Below are positions 24,461-36,549 of a DNA stretch of 64,000 bases, one piece after another. The translations under genes were made by a program, and so were the position numbers. The DNA comes from Raillietiella orientalis (lineage: Eukaryota): assembly GCA_036172245.1 (NCBI GenBank), contig JAYWIR010000019.1, positions 1,860,001 to 1,924,000 on the forward strand, in the 5' to 3' direction. How positions within the stretch are numbered: position 1 is the stretch's first letter; each line of letters opens with the position of its first letter. Below the pieces are notes generated by a model, which saw only the letters and a list, made by a program, of their open reading frames with translations, was not told where the DNA came from and searched no databases.

Positions 24461-25649
24461 GTAGGACGGCGGGCGGCACTCGGCTTCTCTGAGGAGGTCC
24501 GGCTGCGGCGCACTTCCCCGCACCTGCGCTCTCCCTGCCCGTCCTCTGCCGCCCCTTCTCCTCCCCCCGTTCGCCAGGAGCTTTTCGCAGCCGGTCGCTC
24601 CTGGGCCAATGCGCGAGCGCTGCGTGCACAGACGAGAGTGCACAGTGTGTAGCCAGAGCTCACCCTCCGCGCCGGCAGCTCCTCTCTCTTCTGTTCCGGC
24701 TGTCCCCTCTTTTCTGGAGGCCGGGTCCCCCTGTCTGGAGAGATCGATCATCCTTCAGTTGTCTCCTACCGCACTGGATTTCGAACGCGGAACCCTCCCT
24801 CCCATCTACCGTCGAACGTCCGAACTACTCGAACGCACTCCTGCGATCCGCCCTCGAGACCTGGCGGCCGCGCGCACCGACGGAGCGTGAAATCTGGCGC
24901 GCTGCCGGCATCCCTTTCGATGTTCCACCTGTTGGAACGGCATCCCTGCTCTTGCCAGAGATCAGTTTCCGATCCTCCTCACTGACTTGTCCCTGAGGGC
25001 GAGGAGGCGCGCTCTTGGCGCTCATCGTCCTCAGCGGCCTGCTTCGCGCGTCAGCTCGACCGGGAGTCCTCGTAGACTGCCGGAACTCTCCTCTTCCCTT
25101 CCTTCCCCTTCCCCGCGTGCTCCGCTAGTTCTGTTCCAGGACAGATTCTCGATCCGCTCTCACGCAATCCTTTTTCCCCCCTCCCCACCCGCGGAGCCTC
25201 CACGCGTCGTCGTCTGCGTCTCTCAGGGACGCTCCCCGGCCTCGAAGTGTTCCCCGCTCTCTTTCCAAAGAACAGGAATGGACCGCCACCATCGTCATCA
25301 CTTCGGCCATCAGGTGAAACGATTCGGAAACCGGAGTTCATCTTTCAGAATGACTCTTCCGGAAGCGCTTAGCGCCGTCACATGGCATTTCAGAACTCAC
25401 GACCGCGCTGTGCACGCGTGCGTGCGTGCGTGCTATTTTTTTTTCTTTTTTTCGAAACACGTGACCGAGGAGATTGGGTATGGCACTGTCTCAGACGCCT
25501 AACGAAACAGATAGGAGCCATCACCCTCTGTCGAAAAGGCGCGGCACCTCGAGGCCGGCGGCAAACCCAACGGCGGCGCCGCCCCCACCCTTCCCTTCCG
25601 GAAGAGCACAGAGAGCCCCCTCCCTTCTTGCATCCTCGATCTTTTGCAG

Positions 25650-25748
25650 GTACAGCAAGCCATCGCTCAGGCTGCGCAGCAGATCCAGCTGCTTCAGAAG
25701 CAGCAGCAGCAGATCCAGCAGCAACTGCAGCACTCCCTGAACCAAGGA

Positions 25749-25779
<31 letters not shown>

Positions 25780-26001
25780 ACAACAACAACAATAACAACA
25801 ACAACGGCGGCAGCAGCAACAACACGAGCAGCGGTGGCAAGGGCGGCCGCTCGTCTCCTCCTCCTCCTCCTGCCCACCAGCAGCACGGCCTGACAGTGGG
25901 TCACCACGCGCGCATACCGGAACCTCCTCCGGACGAGTGCACTGATCTCGAGGAACTGGAGCAGTTCGCCAAGACCTTCAAGCAGCGGAGGATCAAGCTG
26001 G
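25650..26001 (+). CDS. Class II POU gene exon: Q/S/N-rich region and start of the POU-specific domain (DLEELEQFAKTFKQRRIKLG)
   Basis: TTTTGCAG acceptor, G|GTACGC donor at 26002, canonical POU-S helix 1. Confidence 0.95.
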
Positions 26002-26630
26002 GTACGCGGCTGCATTCCTCCTCGCGCTTCTTCCTCTCCTTCTTCCGGGAATGCGGAATCGATCCCGGAAAAACAAACACATCCTGTGCAAACAGTGTAA
26101 TAATTAGGCAAAGAGCTGGCTGGGGACCGCGGGTCCCGCCAGGAGTAATTGGTCCTCATAAAGCGAGGCGCGCGCTGTCCGTGCTCGCGTGAGCGTCAAT
26201 TCAATTAGGTGTCCCGGTTTTTGCGGAGAGGTTGGCGTGCGTCGTAATTACGTGGTCAAACAGATCGGCAGCAGCTCCACGTGAACGCGGTCTTGTCATG
26301 TAACCAGCCACTCCCGGCTCATCATCCGGAAAGCGCCTCGTCGTTCCCGAAAAAGACACGACGAAACGAGGCGTAATGCGCGCATTGTGTGACCTCCGCT
26401 CGTTAGGCGCCTCCTGCCAGCGCGCTACGAGCGAGCAGGGGCAAGCGAGCGGGCGGCACCGCGTACGCGCGCCCGCTCGCGTGCGCTGCCCGCGCCGCCA
26501 CACCGGGCGGCGAGAGGTCCGGCCGCAGATTCAGCTCCACTTTGATTTCTTCCCGTTTCCCCCTGCTTTCCTTCCTTCCCTCCTTCCGGTGCGAACGGCG
26601 CTGACGGTCTCCCTCACGGGCTTCCCCCAG

Positions 26631-27003
26631 GGTTCACCCAGGGAGACGTGGGTCTGGCGATGGGCAAGCTGTACGGGAACGACTTCTCGCAGACCACCAT
26701 CTCGAGGTTCGAGGCCCTCAACCTGTCGTTCAAGAACATGTGCAAGCTGAAGCCGCTCCTGCAAAAGTGGCTGGAGGACGCAGACAGCTCCAGCGCCAAC
26801 CCCAGCGCCCTGAGCAACCCTTCCGCCACTCCGGAGTCCATCGGGAGGAGGCGCAAGAAGCGCACCTCCATCGAGACGAGCGTGAGGCTCGCCCTGGAGA
26901 AGGCCTTCCTGCAAAACCCGAAGCCCACCTCCGAGGAAATATCCATCCTGGCGGACAGCCTGACGATGGAGAAGGAGGTGGTGCGCGTCTGGTTCTGCAA
27001 CAG
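26631..27003 (+). CDS. nub: Class II POU (pdm/nubbin/Oct-1/2-like) exon: POU-specific domain, linker and homeodomain
   Basis: [48 protein letters not shown] and [11 protein letters not shown]...[23 protein letters not shown] is diagnostic of POU class II. Acceptor CCCCCAG, donor AG|GTGCGT. The symbol marks the family; exact orthology is untested. Confidence 0.95.
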
Positions 27004-27133
27004 GTGCGTATCCACTTCCACTCGCTAGCAGTAAATCGCCAGCTACCTCTTATTAAAAAAAAAAAAAAGAACACGGCCTCGGGGGGTGGGAGAAGAGGAA
27101 CGAATGCTTTAACACGTTTGCTCATTCAATTAG

Positions 27134-27332
27134 GCGTCAGAAAGAAAAGAGGATAAATCCGCCTCCCAGTGCATCGCTCGGATCTCCTACGTCGAACAAT
27201 ATCTTCACGCAGCTTGGACATTCCAATTTCCCGACATCGCTTTCCCCTCCAATAAGTAGTCCCCTGTCCCTTGTGACCGGTCACCCCCCTGTTGTAGCCA
27301 TTAATCAGACAGCAACCATCAAGGCGGATTGA
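27134..27332 (+). CDS. nub: Class II POU gene last coding exon (R-RQKEKRINPP...TATIKAD*)
   Basis: Splicing 27003 to 27134 restores WFCNRRQKEKRINP; TGA at 27330-27332. Confidence 0.92.
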
Positions 27333-28600
27333 GATAACTGACGTCCATTAATGCATTTCGGCTATCGTGATGCTGCGAATAATTGCAGACGCCGCCGTCG
27401 GGGTGGAGGAAGAGTTCCCGACGCGCCCTGCTTTCCCATCCCGCTCGGCGGGTGGGTAAGCGTGGTGGTGGTGCAGAGCGCGAGCAAGCAGCCTCCGAGA
27501 TGCTCCCAGAGTTTGTCCGAATGTGATATTCCTTCTTGGATACCGCTTGGCTCCTCCTTCCTCCTCCCTCCCTCCGCGCCCCCCTACCAAGTGCCAACCG
27601 TGCGGAGCCAGCTGCAGCTCGCGTCCCGTCTACATATCAGTGTTGCCGACTGTCCTTCTCAGCTCGTGTGTGGCCGTGTCCCCTCTTCTCCCCTTCTCAT
27701 CCCGTTTTCTTTCTTTTTTTCCTCTCTTTCTTTCTTTCTTTTTTCTTTTTTTTTGTGTGCTTTGCTTTGCTTTTTTTTTTTTTTTTTTTTTCCCCCTATT
27801 TTCTTTCCTTCTATGTCTTCCAATTTTTCCAAGAGGTGTGGCGGGAGTTTCCTCCGCAAAACACGGTGACCAATCCAGTGCGCGCGACTTCTCTCTGCGA
27901 GAACCTCCTCCCCGCACACCAATCCTGGAGCGTAAGTATCCGGAGATCCCGTTGGGGAGAAGGAGGAGAGGACACGTGCTCGGAGAAGATTCGGGCAGCC
28001 ATTCTAGTCGACGGTACGCCACGAATTTCGCCCGCCTGAACGAGGAGGAGAAAAAAAGGACGAAGAGAACGCGTGCGGGTGCCACCCTGGCTCCTTCGCT
28101 TCTCGTCCGAGGCAGGAGGAAGCGGAGGAAGAAACAGCAAACTCGCCAACTGCTGCCGGCACTTGCCATCCCAGCAAAAAACCCCAAAAAAATGAAAAAT
28201 AGCAATAAAAAAAAAATATATATATATATATATATAAAAACAAAACGCACGCAAAGGGACACCAGAAAGAAAGAGGAACGCACCGTTCGCCTCTCGAGCC
28301 TTCCCTGAAGCAGTGCACCACGAGACAAAAGGCCGCATGCAGTTCGTTCTTTGGCGCTCTTCGCAACCACGAAGACCACCCCGTCTACGCAGTCCACGCG
28401 GCCACCTCCCCTCCGAAGCCTCCGTACCTTGGCGGGAAGCTCTTGGAGTGAGTCCCTGCGAAACGGGGATGTTTCAGCAGCCTCGACAGCCTCCTTTCGA
28501 TACCGAGCACATGCAACCACCGATGGAACAAAAACACAAAAGCAAAAACAACAAAACCCCCGACCACCGTTCAGAACGAAGGTTTCCGTGTCATTGTATA

Positions 28601-28732
28601 AATAAACATGTCGAAATTCTTTCAAAGATGTTGCTATCATGATATTTGGAAAAGAAAAAAAAAATGTCTTTATTTTATTTTGTAAACAAGAAGTACCACT
28701 TGCAGAGATTGCGCCTTCCCAATAGCAATAAA
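28601..28732 (+). terminator. Candidate polyadenylation signals of the POU gene
   Basis: AATAAA at 28601 and 28727, with a U-rich stretch at ~28666-28683. Confidence 0.45.
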
Positions 28733-29837
28733 TTGTAGAAGCAGCATTAAGTCATCCGCACTCTAGAAAGTCATTTGGTTCGCTGTCTCAGGGATGCCAG
28801 AGCCGATTTGGAAAAAAAAAAAAAGAAAACCGATCTCGCCGTGCCTCTCCCTCCCTGTCAGAGCTGCCAGGCGACGCGTAGACGGCGACGGGAAGTGCTG
28901 CCCGCCACCCGAAAGAGGAAGCCCCTCTGCACGTTTTTTCCTCGCCGCGGAGGTCGCGCTGACCGCCGCCGCTTCCGGAAAGGGAGGCGCGCGGGCTCGT
29001 GCAAACAAGAGCGCACCTACCGAAAGCCGGCCCGATCGCTACCGGCGGTAGCGCCTCCCCCCCCCCCTCCCTCCCTCTCCCCTGCGTCGCCGTAAAGCAT
29101 CTCCGGCCGGGACGCGGCGCTGGGGTGCGCTCTTCGAATGGCAGCCCGCCTTCGGGAACGCGCAGAGCGCCACGGAGCCGCCCCACGGTGTACCATTAAT
29201 GACATGCCGCATCCTTGAAAGACCTACTTCGATTCCTTTCTTTTCCTTGAATGAGTTTTACGGTGCGTAAAGAATGATTTGCTTTATCTTCACGCACCCA
29301 AGGACCATGCCGTTGCCTGGGGTGGCTCCATATTTTTAAAGAATTCATCGATAAGAGATTCGCCAAAAGTTTAGCTTTTTTTTCCTCCCTCCCTCCCTCC
29401 CTCCTTCTCTCTTGTACGCGACCTTAACTTACTGAACACTGCGGCCTTAACGAGGACCGCTGATAATGCCGGAAATGAGTTGAGAAATAAAAGAATTCGT
29501 GGTCAGAGTATGCCGAGTTCTTTAAACCTAATCTTGGATAATGTATGAGACATCATCAGAAAAGATCATCAGGAACGTGGAGTCTGTGCTTTGAGAGAGT
29601 GTGTATCAGTCCTCAGAGGAATGAATTATAAATAAGTTCTGGTTATAATTTGCGGATTACATTCCAACCTATATATATGTATGGAAAGAAATTTATTGCC
29701 ACCTCTTTTTGCATGTGTTAATTGGTGGAGTACACACGTGTGTCCGTCCTTCCGTCCGTCCTTGTGCATGTGCATGTGAAGTCTCGGACAGACCCAAGAG
29801 AAAGATAACCAAGTATTTAAAAAAACATGTACATCTA

Positions 29838-30771
29838 CGGGAGCATCCCCAAAGTAAGGGCCGATCGGATAGAAAGGAAGAACAACGAGCAAGAGGAACA
29901 AAAGTGTCTTCCTGGTTCGAAACACGTGCATCCCCATGCCATTCTTCCACGTAGTCGCCATTTTTTTTTTTTTTCCAAACACTTTCGACACCGTGGCAGA
30001 AGCTTTTTGGAACTGTCCGCATGAAATTCCGCCGCCTGGGAGTTCATTCAGTTCGGTTCAGCAGCACCGCAGAGTTTTCCACTCCTCGCCTTCCCCCTCG
30101 AACCGTCGAGCCACCCCTTGAGGCGCAGGAAGACGTGGTGGTCACTGGGCAGCACTGCGGGGTGGGTGGTGTTGAAAAGTTCGCGTTCGAATTCCCGAAG
30201 TGCCTGGAATGTGCGGACAGCAGTGTGTGGGGGACCGAAAGGGTGCGCTTTTGGTGGTCTTCATGGAGCCTGGAGCAACCACCACTTCGCAAGTCCACAG
30301 TGGAACACTTTCAAAAGTGCGGCGTGCCATTCAGCAGGACCGACGACGTGGGATGCTGAGATCAGGAATTGCTGTTCTCCTTCACGACAACCCACGCCCA
30401 CACACGGCTGTCCAGACAATTCGGGAATTCGAACGCGAACTTTTCAACACCACCCACCCCGCAGTGCTGCCCAGTGACCACCACGTCTTCCTGCGCCTCG
30501 AGGGGTGGCTCGACGGTTCGAGGGGGAAGGCGAGGAGTGGAAAACTCTGCGGTGCTGCTGAACCGACTGAACTCCCAGGCGGCGGAATTTCATGCAGACG
30601 GTTCCAAAAAGCTTCTGCCACGGTGTCGAAAGGGGTTGGGGAAAGAATGGCGACTACGTGGAAGAATGGCATGGGGATGCACGTGTTTCGAACCAGGAAG
30701 ACATTTTTGTTCCTCTTGCTCGTTGCTCTTCCTTTCTATCCGATCGGCGCTTACTTTTGAGATGCTCCTCG
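29838..30771. mobile_element. Mariner-derived palindromic (foldback) MITE, ~935 bp
   Basis: Inverted arms 29838-30231 and 30397-30771. Mariner-like ends (TA-CGGGAGCATCCCCAAAGTAAG / CTTACTTTTGAGATGCTCCTCG). The + strand encodes decayed transposase C-terminal motifs (RKGALLVVFM, LRSGIAVLLHDNPRPHT, PSDHHVF, NGDYVEE). Confidence 0.9.
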
Positions 30772-33700
30772 TCTATTCAAATATGGCTGCAAATCCATCT
30801 CACATCACGCAAATGATTTGTTTGCGCACCTCATCGACACGAATAGACCCCCCCCCTTCCTTCAAGATCAGTTTTCCGGCCTCCATAGGGAGCTTTAGAT
30901 ACGGGGTGTAATGCAAAAATGGTGAATTCTGGAAGGTTACGTCAGGAGATTGAATTTCTTGAGGAAGTCAGCGGAGACCGACCTCAATCCGGAGAGCCCA
31001 CGCGAAGACCGCATTTGAATGTATCCCCCGTGTGACCATCCTTCCAGAGGGGGAACAAAAAAAAAAAGAAGGAAAGGAAGGTAGAAGGAAGAAAGCGTGC
31101 CTTTCAGAAGCGGTTTGAGGACCCCACCGTGTGCATCCACGAAGGCAGCGCACGTCCACAGGAAAAGCCGGGCAACCCACTCGAGGTGAAACGCAACGAA
31201 CCGACGGCATGTGAGCCACAAAGCGTTCTGGGCAGCGAAAAAGTAAACGGATAAGTTCGTTCGCATCCGAACTTTGACCCTAGAAACCTGTAGCGAGCAA
31301 GGAGGAACGGGATTTTTTTTCCCAAAGCAGCGGCGCTGCTCTGAGAGCATCCCGCAACCCTTTCGCCTGTCCGGAAGCCACAGAACGCCAGCCACCTCGA
31401 CGTTTTGCCCTCTGCCGAGAGGTTCCTCCCGGGGAGCTGCACAGCGAAATGTTGTATGAAAGTTGTCTGTGATATGATTGCAGTTCAAGAAACGGCCTTT
31501 GCAACTATCCTCTTATCCTCAATTACAACTGCAATACATGTCATCCCTGATCCGCACTGGATTAGCCCACACCAATACTTCAATTAGATTTAAAGCCAGA
31601 TGAAGCTTAAATGATTGCCATTCGGGTGGAGAGCTTAGGAAGAGTTTGGAAGTGATATCTGGACAGAGTCGGGATCATCATGAGACAGGAAGGCTGCATC
31701 CAAAGCGGCCTCGCTCGCCTTCCGGAGGAGAATTTGGCAATCATGATACGGAAAAAAAAAAAAAAAAAAAAAAGTAATGATGAAGATTTTGAGGAATTCC
31801 CGGAAACCTCGAAAAATCACCGTCCCCCGAAACGATCTTCGCGAGGACTCTTGTGTTATAGGAAAAATGGAGTTGTATCGGGTTTATTGATTCCTCGAGC
31901 TATTTCTTTCCGGGAAGCATTCTGGGGATGCCGTCGCATGGAAGCCGGGGGCAGGGAGGATTCCCGAAGCCACGAAAGCATCTCGTTTGATAAGGAGAGG
32001 AGGGGGGGAGGGGGGAAAAAACCACAAAAAAATCAAGGGGAGCCGAATTTCACGAAAACATTCGGACAGAGTCGCACCAGCCAATCAGAATTCGACGGAA
32101 CAACATTAATAATCAAGTGGATCGTGGAATGTCTATATATTTGAATCACTGTAGCTTTAGATGGACTTGATAGTGCTTCAAACAATCTTTCATTTTGAGA
32201 GTGCACGTAGGAGATTAATTCAGGACACTAAAGGTTTTTTTTTTTTTTTTCCCCTTCTTTGTTTTTCGGACGATCAGCACCGATCATTCGCGGGACTCTT
32301 GCGGCGCAAGAATCGTGTCCAGGACTTCTACTCTGGATGATGAAAGATGTTTGAGAATCGCGAGGCCTGGAAATCTTGAAATAGACACAGGAGAATGCTG
32401 ATCTATTTTTCGGGATGCGGTCGGTTCTAATCTTGCTGCTTCGGAAGGACGTGCTCACTCCGGGTAGCAGGGGAAGAGAAGGAAGCAGCCGAGCTCCCTC
32501 TCGAGAATGCGCTGGACCACAGCGCATCTCGGGAAGGGTTCGCTGGAGACCCTCCCGAAGCGCGGATGCAACCCTTTTCCGATTCCGGCACCTTCATCCG
32601 ATTTGCCCAGGCTGCCCATCCGAAAGCGCGCAGGTCTTCGCTCGGGCCTTTCCTGCTGTTGACTCCGTTTGAGGTGTCACGGACGCGACTGCGTGTCCCT
32701 GCGGCATTCGGGGGGAAACAGGCGCCAACTAATACAAGGAGAGGCCAACCGGGAACACGGGACCAAAGGTGCAGAGGGACGGGTCCCGACGTCCCTTCCC
32801 GGTCGCGGGGGCTGGTCCGCCTGTTCGAACTTTCTGCTCCGGCTCTCTGCGAGCTCGGAAGACGGACTTCGCGTTTCCCGGAGACGGACACCCTCCAGCG
32901 CAGCCGAGGTAAGGCGTTCGACCCTGGAGGGTTCCCGCCTGGATCCAGGAAAAACCGCGGCAGCCAGGAGCGCGGTGGCTGCGGGACGAAAGGCATCCGA
33001 AGGGGTCGGGCGTTTTTCCCGCATACGCTGGGAACAACGGATGAACACGGAAGCGTCCCGGTGGAGGAGTGGATTTCGGGAGCGACGGAAAGCGCGAGGC
33101 AATTAAGCTCCTTTCTAAGACAGAGGCGCTGCTGACTGCCTCCTGCTCAAGGCCGCCCCAAGTACCTCGCCGTCAGCCTCGCAAACAGCCATTTTTTCCT
33201 TTTCTCTCGCAGTTGGTTGCTGATAAAATTGTCCTCTTCTGCTGTTTGCAGACACTTTAATGGTTCCAATTAGGCCAAATTTTCGATCTTTTCCTTTTTT
33301 TTGGAAAAAAAAAAAAAAACAGAGGAAAAGAAAAAAGAAAAGAGAAGAAAAGAAAAGGATCAGACGATGGAAGCTGCGACATTATCGGGGGCATCGATGA
33401 CGTAAAAGCGTTGATGAATGAACCGCGAACCATTAAAAACTCGAATGCCTTTCGGAGAAGAAACAGCAATCTTGAAATCCGTCCTTGGTGGAGAAGATAA
33501 TGCTGCGTTTGCAGAGAGCATTTCTTCTTCTTCTTCTTCTTCTTTTCTTCCTCCTCCTCTCTCTTTGCGAAACTGACCGATGCTGATTTAGCGCGGCGAG
33601 ATCAGATAACTCATTTATTCGAGCATTCGGTGGAACCAGCATCCCGAACGTTGCATCACGGACTCCGAATCCGAGGAGAAGGATGGCGGCGGGCGCTCAG

Positions 33701-35384
33701 GGAAGCAGGGGAAAACGAAATCGGTGCGCGCGTTCCCCAGGCGCAAGGTCACTGCCATTAGCTTGACAAAGATGTGAAATGCTTTTACTGATTCGAGCGC
33801 ACCGCAAAGTGAAATTTTCAATGAAGCTGGAACCGAGACTGGATGGAGGACAAGGAGAGATTGATCGATCGCCGTTTCCTCGCAAGCGAGCGAGTTCCTG
33901 GAGGGAAATTAGAAATGCAGCTGGGGGGGGGGGGGGAGGGTGGATGCCGCGCTTCTAATCTTTTTCTAAAAACTGGTTGCTCGGAAAAGTCGCGGGTCCC
34001 ATTCAGGGACGCTGCAAGTTTTCTCGAACGACCGAGTTCAAGATGCAGATCTAGATCGATGGTGCCATTCGGCTGATTAACGAGAAGATTTTTTTTTTTT
34101 TTTTCCTCTTCACAGCTATGGATCCAGATTGATGAGGCTGTTGAGTTGGTCCGAGGTGAAAGTTCTTCCACCATTTCTGATTTCGAGAACGAACCGTAGC
34201 GAAAGCGATGCGGATCGAGGCGTTCCGGCCGAAAGCGCGCTGCTCCGCATCGTCCGCCCTACCCCCTCGGAGAGGGACGTCGGATGGTCGCGCCAAAGAC
34301 CGCCACGGAGGGGGAAGGGGGAGGGGGGTTCACCCTTCCTTCACTTCGGCCAAGTCTGCTGATGGCGCTTGGGATCTCTCTCATCGCTACAGACCATTCT
34401 TTAAGCCGTGAAGTGCTTCAGAAAATGCCACTCAAAGCATGCAATGAGAGGGAACCGAAAATACCCCAATGCAAAAAAAAAAAAGGAAAAAAAAACTTGC
34501 CTTTTTTTTTTTTGAGAGGGAGGGGGGGCTACCACAAAGGACCCATAATTAACCAGGTGTGGTTTCATTAAGGGGGAAATGCATGCGAGAAATCAAAGCA
34601 GTGACGAGTGCTCTCGAGGGTAAACTGGAGCACTTTTCACTCTGCTAATGAAGGAAGCAGGAAAAGTTCGTCTGGAAGCGTAATGACATCCCAGATTTCG
34701 GGTTAATTTAAAGAATGCAGCAAGCAGCAGCTCCGAGTTCTTTTCTCTGCTTCGGTCGGGCATTCTTTCTCGCCTCCTCCGCTCAGCTTTGAAGTAATCA
34801 GGGAATCATCATCACGCACAATATATTTCCATCTTTGGAGGCTTCGAAGCTCGAGGAAAAAGCCGTTATTTCCTCTGGGAAGGAGCTTCTGGGCATGTCT
34901 TTTTGCTCTCTCTCTCTCTTTTTTTCTTTTCTTTTTTTGGCGAAATTCGTTCTGAAAATTCGCTGCCTGAAGAACATTCTGGAATGGGTACTCCCTGGAA
35001 TTAAATCGATCAGCCAGGTCACTCGGCTTAATTCTTGCAGAATGATCGTCTGCTCGAGGTAACGGAATAATTAGCACAGGGAACCTGCAAATAGCTTCCA
35101 CAAAGAATTGGCAAACCCGTATTTGATGACTTTCCTTAACGTCGGTTCGGGAAACGTCTGGAAACCCGACTTCCCACCCGGTTCCCGAAATCGCAGCTGC
35201 TCCTCCTCAGGAAACACTTCTCTTCCTTCCCAACCAGCTCGATCCACCAAAAATTCTGCCCACCTGCTCCCTCAAAGCTGATTGCCTACGGATCACGACC
35301 AAAGAGACTTGCTGTCCAGAATTTCCTTGCCTCTTCATCTTTCTCATTTTTTTTTCTGTAGCTACGAGTTGCGGCCTTTTCCTT

Positions 35385-35415
<31 letters not shown>

Positions 35416-36549
35416 AACTATTTCAGCGCAGAAATCCTTGATTTGCAAAACGCGGCATTCTATTCGGCAGCATCTGTAGCTACGAATGAAAAAAATCATT
35501 CCCTTGGTGTCCAGTTGCTCAGTAGCAGTCCGATTGATTAGCTTTCCACGCTAAGTTAATCAGCGTTGGTTTCGAGGCTTTCTTTAGGTGTCTTTTGAGC
35601 ATTTATCATCACTTCCAGAAAATGTTTTGCGAACTTCCAGCCAGTGCCAAACTCCGGCTTTGTGCCGTCACCTCCCCGTTCTTTTAAGGGGGTCGGCTGT
35701 TTTTTTTCCTCCCCTCCCCCCCCCCTTCCCTCTCCTTTCTAGGATCTCCCGACCCCAGTGGTTCCACCGAAAAGGAAAACTTGTTTGCTTGCTGCCCCAT
35801 CCGTTTTTGGGGCGAGAACTCGGGCAAATTCCAAACCCAAAGTGCGGGTGCAACACTGCTGTCAGCGTCATCATTAGGCTACTCGAAGGCCCGAAGCATC
35901 CCTTATGGGATTCGCTCCTGGCAGCGAGATGTCTGGAGATGGTGGTGGTGGCTGCTGCTTCGCCCGGGAGGCCGCTGATTTCGAGCGCTCAAAAGTGCAC
36001 GCACAGTCAATTACTGCCAATCAGCAGCCAACTGATGATCCCCTTGGCCTTGCGATGGCTCTTCCTGTGCTCTCCCGGGTCAACGTTGATGCCCCCCACC
36101 CCGTTCGGTACGTTTCGAATCTTTCCGCCATTTCGCGATCCCCGGTCCCTCCGTCGATTCGATCGAGCGTTCTCTCTCCAGACTGACCTCTTCGCCTGGA
36201 ATGACACATTGGAAGAAATCTACTCCGCTGCTCATTAACGCCTCCGCACGTGATCCTCCTTCCCGTTTCTACGGCAAGAACATGTGTTTCCTTCGTAGCA
36301 CATTAAAAATCGCGCGTCGTGCGTGTGCAAAACGTGTGCAACTTTTGCCTGCGTGCACGCATCAGGCGTAAACGCCTACTCAGTGCTCTATCTGTTTTTT
36401 TGCAAGCATAAACGCGTCTATCTATGTTGGCACGACACGTATATATATAATACGCACACATTTATGCGCGCATTTTCTTTTCCCTTTTGTGACCGTTGAC
36501 GACACGTGCACGAATAACGCACGGAGCACCTTCCTGATTGAACTCTGAG

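Noticed and set aside
27330..27869. Stop-codon readthrough: the POU frame reopens for ~175 codons after the stop
   Set aside because: It needs two TGAs (27330, 27339) to be bypassed, the first lacks the TGA-C context, and the extension becomes poly-T-derived low complexity.
27523..28640. Long ORFs of 261 and 336 aa in the POU 3' region
   Set aside because: They run through poly-T, poly-A and (TA)n tracts; best read as 3'UTR.
32415..33135. GC-rich block with ORFs on both strands and a GAG|GTAAGG donor
   Set aside because: No recognisable protein motif or partner exon; coding status cannot be supported.
36310..36520. Alternating purine-pyrimidine stretch with short palindromes
   Set aside because: Looks like a degenerate RY microsatellite; no defined hairpin or repeat unit.
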